Shown one piece after another: positions 27,551 through 38,258 of a DNA stretch of 64,000 nt. The stretch's first letter is position 1. Each line of letters starts with the position of its first letter. A model generated the notes under the pieces. It searched no databases. It had not been told where the DNA came from and saw only the letters and a list, made by a program, of their open reading frames with translations. This DNA comes from Dehalococcoidia bacterium (GTDB lineage: Bacteria > Chloroflexota > Dehalococcoidia > Lucifugimonadales > UBA3495), in contig CBDCVB010000002.1 in assembly GCA_965222895.1 (NCBI GenBank), positions 1,159,678 to 1,223,677 on the forward strand, in the 5' to 3' direction. The position numbers and the translations under genes are program-made.

Positions 27551-30500
27551 TCATTCTACCAACCCCATCAAGTCGGGCACCACCACCGGAGGGTCAGCAG
27601 ACCCAGCAACGTCCAGACCGTCCAGTGGAAAAAGGCACAGACGCGACAGGAATACCCCGCGCCACACCTCCACAAACTCCCACCACTGCCGGGCGGCCCA
27701 GATCACGTACTCCGCCAACGCAGTCCGTAACTCCAAACCGCCGAGCCGGGAACCCGTGCCCATGCCACGCAACAGTTCCCGATGAACCTCCCACAGCTCG
27801 TCTCCCACCCCAAGGGCCAGCAACCGCACCAACTCTGAGAAACGCGCCTGACCCAAGACCCGGCGCATATCCTCCAGGCGCCCAGTCACCAGGTCGCCCA
27901 ACAGTGAACCCAGGTCGTTGAGAGAACAACCCAAGCCAGCTCCAGCGTCCAACCCGAAGGTTATCTTCACATTATGGGACAGAGCCGCAAAACGCTCGGC
28001 GTAACCGTCCACCGTCAGCCCCGGGAAATGACGAGAAACCAGGCCATCCACAGCTCCCGAGACCCCACCCCGAACCCAAGCATCCAGCAACCCCACCGAA
28101 CCCGACACCAGATCACGCCTGACCCGGTAGTAGTTGTGCGCCCACAGGTCCATCACCGCACCATATTCCACCGCAACGTCCCTGGCCCGGGCAGCGTCCA
28201 GACGGGCCGCCTCACGTTGCCGCTCCAGCCCCATATCCACCGTTCGACCCTGCCAGCAGGCACGCCCCGCGTCGTCAGTGCCCAACTCCCCAAAGTCCAT
28301 GCCGCTCAGCCCCGGGTCTGAGGCCACCAGCAGGCTGCGCCCCGACCCGAACGCCCCCTGTCGGCCCACCCGGCCCTCCAGCTGCAACGCCACCCTCGGC
28401 GACTCGTTGAACTCGGTGCTGATCAAGTGCAACCCCAACCCAAACTCCAGCTCAGAATGAGCAGGCACGCAGGAAGAATCAGCCCAAGTAGAATCAGCCC
28501 AGGACGGACCCACCAACAACCGGCCCTTACCCCCCCAACAACCCAACAGGACCAGGTCAGTTTCCCCAGACAGCCGACTGGCCAAGAGCGCGGCCTCGGT
28601 TCCCGTGCTCGCTCGCACCACAACCGCCTCACCCTCACCCGCCGTGCAGCGGAGCCTCAACACCTCGACGAAGCCCTCCAGCACTCGGTCATCGATGCCC
28701 GGCGACAAGACCACGTCGGTCCCACGACCCGCCATGTTGGTGGCCACCGTAACCGCCCAAAGCGTCCCCGCCGCTCCCACCACCGAGACCTCCCCAACCA
28801 CAGTACGCGCGTTCAGAAGCCCATGGACAATGTCCTCAGCCTCAAGCCGGAGACTGATCAGCAGGGACCTCTCCACAGTGCGACAGGACACCAGCGCCGG
28901 CCGGCCCGAAGACCAGCAGTACTTCACCTCATCAACCACCGCGTCAAGCTGATCATCAACACTTTGGTACACCCGGCTGCCCAGGAAACGCCTGAACCCA
29001 GGATCCGACGCCACCACCACTACTTCCAACCCGTAAAGACGCCGAAACTCGTCCGCAGAGGACTTTGCCGTTCCCGTCACACCACACACATCAGCATAGA
29101 GCCGCAACAGCCCGGGCACCCCCAACTCCGCCAGATTTCGACGGTCGGGATGAACGACCAAACCCTCCTTCGCCTCCACCGCAGATTGCATACCGTCCCG
29201 GTAGTGGGAGTCAGGCCTGGGCCGACCCGTCTCCCGGTCCACCAGCACCACACGACCATCGTCCACCACGTAGTCAACGTCCCTCCGCAGCAACAGGTGA
29301 GCGCGCAGCAACTGATACACCTGACCCAATAGCCCCGACCGACCCTCCAGTGCACCCGACGGATCCTGACCCGCAAGAAACAGGTCCCCCAGACGCTCCT
29401 CAAGGAAAGACAGACCCGCGGGCTGCAGAGAGCAGTACCGACCCTCGGGATCCACCAGACAATACAGACCCTCCACCACGGCCGGAGCCGGCCGGCCCGC
29501 CCCATCCTGATCCAGCAGACGACGGACCCGGCGCCATAGCCCGGCCCGACCGGCAGCCAGTGCCCTCACGTCGGAGTCAAAGGGGTCGGCCACCAACCCC
29601 CGGGCCAACCAGAGAGCCCGATCTCCGTCGCCAACACCGTCGCCCAATCCGGCCAAACTCCGCCGAAAGCTGCCAGCCATGCGGCGCTGCTCGTCCACCA
29701 ACTCACGGACCACCCGCTCCGCCCGGACAATCACCCCACGTCCCAACACCGGGTCACCGCCAATCACCAGAGGCGTAACCGCCTCGTCCAGAAGTACCTG
29801 GTCGGCCTCATCGACGATCAGCACGTCCAGCGGCCCCTGCACACAGTCCTTCGCCACTGTTACCAGCTGATCCCGCAGATAGTCGAACCCAAACTCCCGA
29901 ACCGTCCCGTAAACCACACCACAGCCATAGGCCGCAAGACGCGCCGGAGCGTCCATACTGGCCACCACGTACCCCGCCGTTACGCCCAGCGCACGATACA
30001 CTGCCTCCAGAGAACCCCAGTCCCGGGCGGCCAGATAGTCGTTCGCCGTACCAACGTGAACCGTGCGCCCGGACAGAGCGTGAAACAGAGCCGGGAAGAC
30101 GATGGAAACCGTCTTACCTTCCCCGGACGCCAACTCGACCACCCGGCCCGTCCACAGGTGCAGGCCCGCCAAGAGCTGCCGATCCGTCGGCTCAAACAGC
30201 AGCTCCGGCCACTCCCCAGCCAGGAAGCGAACCTCCCGGTAGAACTCCCCAGGCAACAGAACGTCGCCGCAGCCGCCGGGGCCAGCCTCAGCCCAGGCCC
30301 GCCTGGCCCGGGCAACCGCAACCGGCTCAGCCTCAAGATCTATCCCGAAGACCCGCCAGCAGCCCAGCCGCCGCCGCACCGTCTCGTCAACCAGGGCGAA
30401 CCCCCGCACCAGACCCTCGTCGGAAGCCAAGTCCGCCAGCGAACGTGCCACGTCCCGTAGCCGGATGTCCGGCCATTCACCAACCCCGGCCTCATCCCGA

Positions 30501-30592
30501 TAGGCGCGTATCCGAGCCAGCAGACGACCCTCGCGCCCGGGCCCGAACCCACCCGCGGAAAAACCCCGCCAGAAGCCGGGCCGGACACTCAT
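27551..30592 (-). CDS. Divergent SecA-like ATPase (1013 aa)
   Basis: SecA motor motifs: LASGEGKTV, VDEADQVLLDEAVTPLVIGG, DVDYVVDDGRVVLVDRETGRP...GMQSAVEAKEG, TGTAKSSADEFRRLYGLEVVVV, ATNMAGRGTDV, GLHLISTEFNESPRVALQLEGRVGRQG. Confidence 0.8.
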   Translation of the reverse strand: MSVRPGFWRGFSAGGFGPGREGRLLARIRAYRDEAGVGEWPDIRLRDVARSLADLASDEGLVRGFALVDETVRRRLGCWRVFGIDLEAEPVAVARARRAWAEAGPGGCGDVLLPGEFYREVRFLAGEWPELLFEPTDRQLLAGLHLWTGRVVELASGEGKTVSIVFPALFHALSGRTVHVGTANDYLAARDWGSLEAVYRALGVTAGYVVASMDAPARLAAYGCGVVYGTVREFGFDYLRDQLVTVAKDCVQGPLDVLIVDEADQVLLDEAVTPLVIGGDPVLGRGVIVRAERVVRELVDEQRRMAGSFRRSLAGLGDGVGDGDRALWLARGLVADPFDSDVRALAAGRAGLWRRVRRLLDQDGAGRPAPAVVEGLYCLVDPEGRYCSLQPAGLSFLEERLGDLFLAGQDPSGALEGRSGLLGQVYQLLRAHLLLRRDVDYVVDDGRVVLVDRETGRPRPDSHYRDGMQSAVEAKEGLVVHPDRRNLAELGVPGLLRLYADVCGVTGTAKSSADEFRRLYGLEVVVVASDPGFRRFLGSRVYQSVDDQLDAVVDEVKYCWSSGRPALVSCRTVERSLLISLRLEAEDIVHGLLNARTVVGEVSVVGAAGTLWAVTVATNMAGRGTDVVLSPGIDDRVLEGFVEVLRLRCTAGEGEAVVVRASTGTEAALLASRLSGETDLVLLGCWGGKGRLLVGPSWADSTWADSSCVPAHSELEFGLGLHLISTEFNESPRVALQLEGRVGRQGAFGSGRSLLVASDPGLSGMDFGELGTDDAGRACWQGRTVDMGLERQREAARLDAARARDVAVEYGAVMDLWAHNYYRVRRDLVSGSVGLLDAWVRGGVSGAVDGLVSRHFPGLTVDGYAERFAALSHNVKITFGLDAGAGLGCSLNDLGSLLGDLVTGRLEDMRRVLGQARFSELVRLLALGVGDELWEVHRELLRGMGTGSRLGGLELRTALAEYVIWAARQWWEFVEVWRGVFLSRLCLFPLDGLDVAGSADPPVVVPDLMGLVE

Positions 30593-31959
30593 CGCCCGCC
30601 GGAACCCCGCAGGTCGATGACCACCAGCCCAGCGTTGTGCTCTACCTCCAGCCAGTCGTCGTAGCGCTCAAACAATCGGTCCCGGCAACCCAAGACCGCG
30701 GCGGCAACGGCGGGACAACCGGCGGCGAACCGGCGACCCACCGCGCCGTCCAGAGCCCAATCGGGACTGACATCCCAGCACAGCCCCAGACGGAGGCAAT
30801 ATTCCTCGTACTCGGCCTGCAAGCGGCCATATTCGGCCTGGCTCCGGTACGGCAACGGCATGACGTAATACCGCTCGGAAAGATAGATGCCCAGCTCGTT
30901 CTCAAAGACCTGCACCATGTCCGCCCCGTCCAGCCGGCACTCCAGCGCCAGCAGGAGACCCAGCGGCACGTCCTGATCCACCCGGTGATAGCGGTAGTCC
31001 TCCGGCTCGCCCACCATCCTGACCCGCACCGGCTCGCCCAAATCCAAGAGACGCCGGCCCGAGCTACCAAGACAGAAGACGAAGGGCAGACAGCCGCCAG
31101 TGGCGTCCACCACCAACGGCTCGCCGTCCAGCCAGTACAAAAGCGCGAGATGATGCCAGTAGCGCATGTGCCGCTTGGCGAACCTGAAATCCAGCGTGCA
31201 GAGCAGCTCCCGGAGCCGGTCCACCGGCGGACGGCCGCCAGCGGGGCCAGCCAGGAGGTACTCCGACTCCAGACCGTAATGATCGGTCAGGAATTTCAGA
31301 GCCTGCACCTTCTCCGCACAAACCCCGCCGTACCCAGCCGCCATGTTGAGCACCGCCTGATCCCCAGTGCGGAAACGAAGCCCACCATCGACGAAGCGGG
31401 AATAGTTCTCGAAGTCGCTCCCGAAAATCCGACGGGCCAGCGCTAGCACCAGACCCAGCTCACTATCCGGCGCGTCAAGACCCAACACTCCCTCATCCCG
31501 GCAACCGGCCTCCAGAGCGCCGGCCACGAAATCCTCATACTCGCCCGCCGCGAGTCCCCAGCGGCGGGCGTGGAAAGCGGCCCAGTCCCGGTCATAGCCC
31601 GAGCCGCTCCGATCCAACGTCAGATCCACCAGGTCGAACTCGACGTCGCCGGCAACCGCCCTCCGGGCCACTGCCCCAGACCCCAGGTCCAACGGAATGT
31701 CGTCCTGAAGGAATCCAACCCCAGGCCACATGGCGGCCGGCCCAGAACCCAACCGGTACACCAGGTCCTGCAGACAGCGCAAACCGTGGCTATGCTCGGG
31801 CAACACCGATACCGAGGAGTCGGAGCCGTCCCAGTCTCGGAACCGGACGTCCAATAGACGACCCAGCGGCAGAGCGCGATCCCCAGGGTCATGGAGCCTC
31901 ATCGCCGAAGCCAGACCCGATGACTCGTCTGTGATCCGCAGAACAAAAGCAGTCATCAA
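30589..31959 (-). CDS. Hypothetical protein with transglutaminase-like (papain-fold) Cys-His-Asp core
   Basis: GYGGVCAEKVQALKFL...YWHHLALLYWLDGEPLVVDATGG fits the C...H...D spacing of the transglutaminase core. Its stop overlaps the SecA-like start (ATGA). The likely true start is the ATG at 31956. Confidence 0.55.
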   Translation of the reverse strand: MMTAFVLRITDESSGLASAMRLHDPGDRALPLGRLLDVRFRDWDGSDSSVSVLPEHSHGLRCLQDLVYRLGSGPAAMWPGVGFLQDDIPLDLGSGAVARRAVAGDVEFDLVDLTLDRSGSGYDRDWAAFHARRWGLAAGEYEDFVAGALEAGCRDEGVLGLDAPDSELGLVLALARRIFGSDFENYSRFVDGGLRFRTGDQAVLNMAAGYGGVCAEKVQALKFLTDHYGLESEYLLAGPAGGRPPVDRLRELLCTLDFRFAKRHMRYWHHLALLYWLDGEPLVVDATGGCLPFVFCLGSSGRRLLDLGEPVRVRMVGEPEDYRYHRVDQDVPLGLLLALECRLDGADMVQVFENELGIYLSERYYVMPLPYRSQAEYGRLQAEYEEYCLRLGLCWDVSPDWALDGAVGRRFAAGCPAVAAAVLGCRDRLFERYDDWLEVEHNAGLVVIDLRGSGGR

Positions 31960-32136
31960 ACTCCCTGGGAGCGCCGATTACCGGAGCCCAAATCCCGGCT
32001 GCTCCAAACCCACGATAGCACACCGGCACACTCCAGAGCCTACGAGCGACCATTACAGAAGCAGACCCGGCCGAAAAACCTCACAAATCCATCCCGGCAA
32101 ACGACCCGCGAACACGCCCAAAGGAGGAACCAAGGC

Positions 32137-33000
32137 TAATCGACAATTGGGTGAAATCTGATTGAAGTAGTCGGAGAGGAACTGCACGCAAGGAGGTAGA
32201 GTGTAACTGGAGCAAGTGTAGTGCGGTGGAGGGATTTACGTGGAGCGTTACGAGTTGAGCGCCGCTCAGTGGCACCGGGTGGAGAGTTTCTTACCGGGGC
32301 GTCCCGGCTGGGTGGGCGTTACGGCCCAGGATAACCGGACCTTCGTCAACGGCGTCCGGTGGGTGTTGCGCAGCGGCGCCCAGTGGAAAGACCTGCCCCC
32401 GGGGTACGGCAACTGGAAAAGCGTCCACAAACGTTTCACTCGCTGGGCCAGGTCTGGAATCTGGGAGAGGATATTCCAGGTGTTGCTGGATGACCCGGAC
32501 AACAGATACGTGATGATTGATTCCACCATAGTGCGGGCCCATCAGCAGGCGGTCTGTGGTAAAGGGGGGCCTACGTGAGGCTCTGGGCCGCTCCCGCGGC
32601 GGACTGAGCACCAAGGTTCATCTGGTGGCTGATGCCCAGGGCCGGCCGGTTCGTTTCTCCATCACCGGCGGACAGCGGGCGGATGTCTCCTAGGCCCTAC
32701 CCCTGCTGACCGGTATCGAGACCGGGGCGGTCATCGCTGACAAGGCGTATGAAAGCAACCGCCTACTGGCCTTTGTCAGGGACCAGGGAGCCGAAGCGGT
32801 CATACTGCCCAAGTCGAACCGCAGGGAACCTTGGGAATACGACCGGGAACTGTACCGGCAACGGAACCTGATCGAACGGGCCTTCAACAAACTGAAACAG
32901 TGGCGCCGAATCGCCACCCGGTATGATCGCAGGAGCTGGTATTTTCTGTCGGCCCTGCACTTGGTAGCCTCTGTCATCTGGGGTTAGCAATTGTCGATTA
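32137..33000 (+). mobile_element. Second type of IS5-family element
   Basis: Inverted repeats taatcgacaattg / caattgtcgatta. Two-ORF IS5 layout. Confidence 0.8.
32240..32987 (+). pseudogene. IS5-family transposase with an in-frame TAG at 32691-32693
   Basis: OrfA 32240-32578. The OrfB frame reads ...GGQRADVS*ALPLL where the other IS5 type has DCSQALPLI, so a CAG to TAG change at a conserved Gln. Confidence 0.7.
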
Positions 33001-33546
33001 TCCCTGTGTCGACACTCCCAAAGTAATGAAGGCTTACAGACCAGCCACGGTCCTACGTCACCGCCCGATTGTGGCGCTCCGCTGTGTGCGACGCTGCAGC
33101 GGTAGGAACCGCTCCATAAACGAGTTTCACCGATAGTAACCCAGCACCCGCCCCCGGAGCCTGGCCTTGGTGTCGGTTCCCGATCGCGGCCATACTGCAG
33201 CAGATTCCGTTCCCGTTGACCGCGGCGATTTAGATCAAATCAAGGTCCTGCCTTCCCACGCGCCTCGGACACTCCTTATCCCGAATCCACCGAAGGGAGA
33301 CGTCCGTGTCGTTGACACAAGGGATGATGGGTAAGGGAAGGCGAACTGGCCTAGCCAGATTCCAGTAGATGGGGATGAGGGTGGCGTGAGGGCAGCCACA
33401 CCGGCACGATGCTGGCGGCCGTGCGGCCATGGCGGGCGGAATTCGACAGGCGGTAGGCAGGAAGTGTCCCTCGCGGACCGAGTTGGCGCGAGTTGGCGAC
33501 GATGTTCAGTTGGCCGGATGGCGGGTCAGCGGGCTGGTCGCCGCCG

Positions 33547-34887
33547 TCAGTCAGGAGATGGCAGGGCGCGCAATCGAGCCAAGGCGCGACTGAACTGGTT
33601 TTCCCAGGGCCAGCGCTGGGGAAGATGCAAAGTGAGGCGGCGGGCCGAGCGGGTGAGCCGTCCGGCGAGGGAGCAGAAGCGTCGTCGGAGGGTCTTGGTG
33701 GTCACCACCTGCTCACCCAGACCGATGCGCGCCGTCCAGCGTGCCAGGTTGTGGGCGATCACCTGCACGGCCAGCCAGGCGGCGTTGGCGGGGAAGCGGC
33801 CCGAGGGGAGATGGTTCAACCCCACGCCGTACTTGAGGTCTCGGATGGCATTCTCGATCTCGGCGTGGCGCCGATGGTCGGCCGCCAGTTCCCGGGTTGC
33901 CCCGTCCCGGTCGGTGATGAAGCCGTGATAGCGGTAGGCGGCGAAGAGGGCCAACTGGGTACCGGGCGTGGGCTTCACCCGCCGGACGATGAGCCGCACC
34001 GGCGCGGCGTCGGGCTCAGTCTGGAAGGGGGTGTAGGTGGTCTCCGCCACGTCGGCGGCGCCGTCCATCCAGTAGGGAATCGGCGTCCAGGCATCTTCGG
34101 GTATGGCCTCGATGATATTCCGCAGGCGGGCGTGCTGGCGGACGGTGATGGAGTAGCGCACATCCATCTTGCGGCAGACCGCGACCAGGGCGTGGGCATA
34201 GAAGCCGCTGTCGGCCCGCACCGTGAGTTGTCCGGTGGCCCCGCCGTAGCGCACCCGGCCCACCGTCTCACACAGGAAGTGGGCGGCGCCCCGAGCGGTG
34301 TTGGCGCGGCCCGCGCGCAGCCGAGACACCAGCACGTCGCCGGTTCCGGCGGCAATGGCCAGCAGCGGGTGATAGCCTCGCTGGCCGGTGTAGCTGTGGT
34401 GGCGCGCCCCCTCCTTGGCCAGACCGTAGGTCTCGCAGCCGGTGGAGTCCAGGTCGATGGTCAGTGGCCCGTCGCCGGGTCCGGCCCCGGCGGCCCAGGC
34501 CCGGGCCAGCAGCTCCCGGCTCACCCGATCCAGTTGGCGGACGTGGCCCCACCGGAAGCTGCGCAGGAAGGTCCCCAGGGTGGATGGCGCCTTGACCACG
34601 CAGCCGAGAGCGCTGGCCGTCCCGCCGGTGCGCAACACGTCGGCGTCGTCGATGCAGTCGCCGCCAGCCAGCGCAGACGCCACCAGGGTCACAATCTTGT
34701 CGCCCGTGTTCGCCCGACCCGGGGCATTGCCCAGGTCGAGGCGCTGCTGGACCAGTTGCGGCAGGCCCAGGTGCTGGGCCAAGGTCGTGGGAAGGATCAG
34801 GCCGGCATTGTTGACCAGGCGGTGGTCATCGAAGGCGATGTGGATGCCGTCGGGGGAACTGCGTGGTAGCACCTTGCGTGGTAGCAT
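33547..34887 (-). CDS. IS1380-family transposase (element ends tentatively about 33456 and 34966)
   Basis: N-terminus ...FDDHRLVNNAGLILPTTLAQHLGL...GDKIVTLVASALAGGDCIDDADVLR is characteristic of IS1380. A weak inverted repeat ggcaggaagtgtccc / ggagcactttcttacc marks the possible ends. Confidence 0.8.
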   Translation of the reverse strand: MLPRKVLPRSSPDGIHIAFDDHRLVNNAGLILPTTLAQHLGLPQLVQQRLDLGNAPGRANTGDKIVTLVASALAGGDCIDDADVLRTGGTASALGCVVKAPSTLGTFLRSFRWGHVRQLDRVSRELLARAWAAGAGPGDGPLTIDLDSTGCETYGLAKEGARHHSYTGQRGYHPLLAIAAGTGDVLVSRLRAGRANTARGAAHFLCETVGRVRYGGATGQLTVRADSGFYAHALVAVCRKMDVRYSITVRQHARLRNIIEAIPEDAWTPIPYWMDGAADVAETTYTPFQTEPDAAPVRLIVRRVKPTPGTQLALFAAYRYHGFITDRDGATRELAADHRRHAEIENAIRDLKYGVGLNHLPSGRFPANAAWLAVQVIAHNLARWTARIGLGEQVVTTKTLRRRFCSLAGRLTRSARRLTLHLPQRWPWENQFSRALARLRALPSPD

Positions 34888-35810
34888 CTATTGGGTGCTC
34901 TTGGTCTGGGGTTGTTTTTCTGTCTCGAAAACCATTATCCCAGATGCACCGGAGCACTTTCTTACCTATTCAACCCGCCGCAACACTCATCTTGTCGGTG
35001 GATTGGGGCTTATAGGAGTGTCTTTTCAACTCACGTCGCAGGGTGGTCCGCAGATCGAAATCTGCGAGGACCACATTGTTCGATGAGTTAGGGCAGCAAG
35101 CGGTTCGACCTGATTGAACTGGGACCGCAGCTACGTGGGGTGATGAACAGGTATTCTCCTGCGATTCTAACGCTTCGTTCTAAACTTACCCTTCCTCGCC
35201 GGCGAGCCTCATCCAGAGGCCTTGAACTGAGCGCCCCGCAGTTGATAACCATCGATCCGCCGGTCCCGGCCTTGCTCGTCGAGTCCACCCTCCGTAAGTA
35301 CAGCCCCGCGGGCGTCGTCTCCGACTTCGTACGACGCCACCAAGCATGGTGGTGTCTCTCCGGGAACCCGGCGCCAGTGAGTTGGCAAGGCACCTATCGG
35401 CAAGGCTAAATCCACTTACCAACTGGATAATTCGTTATCCGCCAGAGTTTTTAAGTCCTTCCTGCCGTTGCCCGGAATCCAGGTTGTCCCATGATCCCAA
35501 ATGTGACGCCACCATAGGCGTAGCCAGCACGGCCAAACCGAGGACAACCTGCTCCGTGATTCCCTGAGGATGCCGCGTTGCGGGCAGCGGGTACCACCCT
35601 CACTCCGCAGGGTGTTCATGCGGCCAGCACGTCGGGCCGGCTCCCGATTTTCCCGGCCGTTTGCATGGCCCCTTACTCAATCCGCCCTTGGCAGGACGCA
35701 AGTACAGCAACAACGTCCGGGAAGACCATACTGTGCACCACAATACAACCAAACGGGGCTCCGACCCACAACACTTGAATCTGAACCTCGATGAGCGTTC
35801 GCTGTTCTAG

Positions 35811-37274
35811 TACTACAACGACGGGTTTAGGATGGCGGCTCCATCCTGCCTTCACGGCGGGCGGAGCGGCGTCTCTGGTGGGAGCGGCGCGCCCGCTCGT
35901 TGCGTAGCTGCGTATCCTCCAGCCACCGCAGCAACTCCTCTGGCCCGAACCGTTCCCGGGGCAGCATCTCCCGAACCACCCGGCACACTTGGGGACGGGT
36001 GATCCGAGGCATCTTTTTCCCCCCAAGCCTGCTGCAGGCCCAGCAGGAAAGCTCCACCCAGCAGGCACATGGCTATGTGGTGATGCCAGCCAGCCCAACT
36101 GCGGGTCTCGTATTCGTCCAGGCCCACGTCGCCCTTCTCCGTCTCGAACTCCGTTTCAATGGGCCACCTGGAACCGCCCACGTAGGCCAGGGTCTCCAGG
36201 GGAGTATCCTCGGCAGCGTTGGACAGGTAGTAGCGGGGTTCGCTGCCGTCCAGGTTCCGGCGGTAGACGGCCCATGCCTCCTGGCCCGGCTTGCCCTTTC
36301 GGGTTACCCGCACCCGCTGGGCGCAGAACATATAGCTCCGCGGCCCCTGGCTTCCCTGGGCCACCGTTATCTCCCGCCAGGCCTCATCCGGCAACTGGTC
36401 ACTGCGTTGCTCCATGGTACGACGCTGCCCGTCCCTGAGCCTGGGCTTGCGGGGGCGCCCGGACCCCTGAGCCCCCGGACTGGTCCAGGCCGACTCCCAC
36501 GCAGGCTCCAGGGGCCAGACCGGAGTGCTGCCCGGAACGTCCAGCACGTAGCGCATCCCCAGGGCCGCCAGGGACTCCCGAAAGGACGGCGACATCCCGA
36601 AGGCGTCGTCCCCGGCCACCCATCCGGCCTTGAGGTGGCCCAGCTCCAGGGCCCGCTCCAGCAGTTCCAGGGCCAACTCCGTCTTCGACCGGTAGCTCCG
36701 CCGCTCCTCGGGCACCGCCGCCGCCGCACAGCGGCCCTGATCCGAGGTCCAACTCTCCGGCAGATACAGCCCTTTGTCCACCAATGCCCGTCCCAGCGGG
36801 CTGACGTAGGCCAGGAACATCCCACCCTGGCAGTTGGCCACCTTGCCCAGCCGGCCGCAGTACTGCCGGGCTACCCCCACGGACTTCCTCCCCTGCTTGG
36901 GAAAGTCGCTGCCGTCCAACACCCACACCGCCTCGGGGTGCCCCAGCCTGGGGGCCAGGTATTCCTGCAGCCGCCCGATCACTGTCGCATCGGACCACCG
37001 GGCCTCGGTCAGAAAACGCTGCATCGCCCGGGCCGAGATGCCCACCGATTCCGACAGGTTCTCGGCGTTGCGCCGCTCCCCAGCCTGCACCAGCAGCCCC
37101 TGAAGATAGTTTCGGCTGTGCTCCCGCCACTGCTTGCGGCCGAAGGAGGCCGCAAAGAAGGCGTGAAATTCCTGAAAGCACTCGTAGACCCGCTTGAAGC
37201 TCGCCGCATCCATCACCCAAACCACCCACTATCATCTTGACAACTATCCTACCAAACAACCCGTCGTTGTAGTA
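35811..37274 (-). mobile_element. IS701-family insertion sequence, copy 2
   Basis: Same 15-bp inverted repeats and length as copy 1. CTAG at 35807-35810 and 37275-37278. Confidence 0.9.
35852..37225 (-). CDS. IS701-family DDE transposase
   Basis: Translated protein identical to 8098-9471. Confidence 0.85.
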   Translation of the reverse strand: MVWVMDAASFKRVYECFQEFHAFFAASFGRKQWREHSRNYLQGLLVQAGERRNAENLSESVGISARAMQRFLTEARWSDATVIGRLQEYLAPRLGHPEAVWVLDGSDFPKQGRKSVGVARQYCGRLGKVANCQGGMFLAYVSPLGRALVDKGLYLPESWTSDQGRCAAAAVPEERRSYRSKTELALELLERALELGHLKAGWVAGDDAFGMSPSFRESLAALGMRYVLDVPGSTPVWPLEPAWESAWTSPGAQGSGRPRKPRLRDGQRRTMEQRSDQLPDEAWREITVAQGSQGPRSYMFCAQRVRVTRKGKPGQEAWAVYRRNLDGSEPRYYLSNAAEDTPLETLAYVGGSRWPIETEFETEKGDVGLDEYETRSWAGWHHHIAMCLLGGAFLLGLQQAWGEKDASDHPSPSVPGGSGDAAPGTVRARGVAAVAGGYAATQRAGAPLPPETPLRPP

Positions 37275-37278
37275 CTAG

Positions 37279-38119
37279 GGGGTGTCGTCAAAAGAGTTTG
37301 CTCCAGATCATCACTGCGCGGAGTTGGCAGGCCGCCAAGTATGACGCCGTCTTTTTGGCATACCGGGTTGCCACTCCGCGCCACTGCTTGAACTCCAGGA
37401 ATCCGTTCTCCACCAGGCGCCGCAGCTGGTACAGCGCCCGGTCATAGTCCCGTTTTTCTCTCCGGTTGCTTTTGGGCGGTATCACCGGGTCCATTCCCAA
37501 TTCCCGGACGGTGGCTATGATTTCATTGGTGTCATCGGCTTTGTCCGCCAGCAGGCACTCCGCTGCTATGCCCTCAATCAGGGGCAACGCCTGGGAGCAG
37601 TCGGCAACCGTACCCGCGGTCACCGCCAGCCTTACCGGCATTCCGTGGGCGTCCACCGCCCGGTGCAGCTTGCTGTTCAGCCCCCTTTGGTGCGGGCAAT
37701 GGACTGATTTCCGCCCTGGGCGCCGGCGCTGTGGGGATGGGCCTTGATATAGCTGGCGTCTATCATCAGCCACTCGAAATCAGGGTCATCAATCACTGCC
37801 TCCAACAGTCCGGCCCACACGCCCCGGTCCCGCCAGCGGCAGCAGCGGCGGTGGGTGTTCTTCCAGTCTCCGTAGTCTGGGGGCAAATCGCGCCAAGGCG
37901 CGCCGGTGCGCAGTATCCAGCACACGGCGTCGATAAACCGCCGGTTGTCCTGGGCCGGTCGGCCTCTCTTCCCTGCTCCTCCGGGCAAATGCGGCCTCAA
38001 CCGCTCCCAAACGTCATCGGTCATATCGTGGCGCCGGTGCGCTGCCGTCATACCCCCACCTCCCACACTCTCCCCATTTCCAGTAATTTACCACCCTGCC
38101 GCCATTTTGACGACACCCC
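37279..38119 (-). mobile_element. IS5-family insertion sequence, copy 2
   Basis: Same inverted repeats as copy 1. CTAG at 37275-37278 and 38120-38123. Confidence 0.9.
37288..38066 (-). CDS. IS5-family transposase OrfAB (frameshift type)
   Basis: OrfA 37677-38066 and OrfB 37288-37773, with one or two substitutions relative to copy 1. Confidence 0.85.
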
Positions 38120-38123
38120 CTAG

Positions 38124-38258
38124 TACTACAACGACGGCTTTAGGTCAGGAGACCAGATTCTTGCCCAATCCCTTCGTAGATGTACATCTCCAGCCAGTGT
38201 TGCTGCCTCTGCAGTACGTAGAGTTCCCGAAGCAACGCGTCAACCCGTCGTTGTAGTA
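38124..38258. mobile_element. 135-bp MITE with IS701-type termini
   Basis: Starts tactacaacgacggc and ends cccgtcgttgtagta. Flanked by CTAG (38120-38123, 38259-38262). No coding capacity. Confidence 0.8.

Noticed and set aside
26215-27921. 568-aa ORF on the + strand across the lipoprotein and SecA-like genes
   Set aside because: It is antisense to two well-supported genes. The sequence is Arg/Pro/Thr-rich and low-complexity with no motifs.
27551-30592. Annotating the 1013-aa protein simply as housekeeping SecA
   Set aside because: The motor motifs are present, but the insertions, the missing C-terminal zinc-binding tail, the operon partners and the overall divergence argue against the canonical translocase. 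It is called SecA-like, pending a check for another secA in the genome.
34967-35806. About 840-bp gene-less stretch between IS1380 and IS701 copy 2. Considered as a possible ncRNA or group II intron remnant.
   Set aside because: I could not recognise any ribozyme or intron domain motif or a convincing ORF. It is most simply degraded intergenic or IS-flanking DNA. It needs an Rfam scan before any claim.
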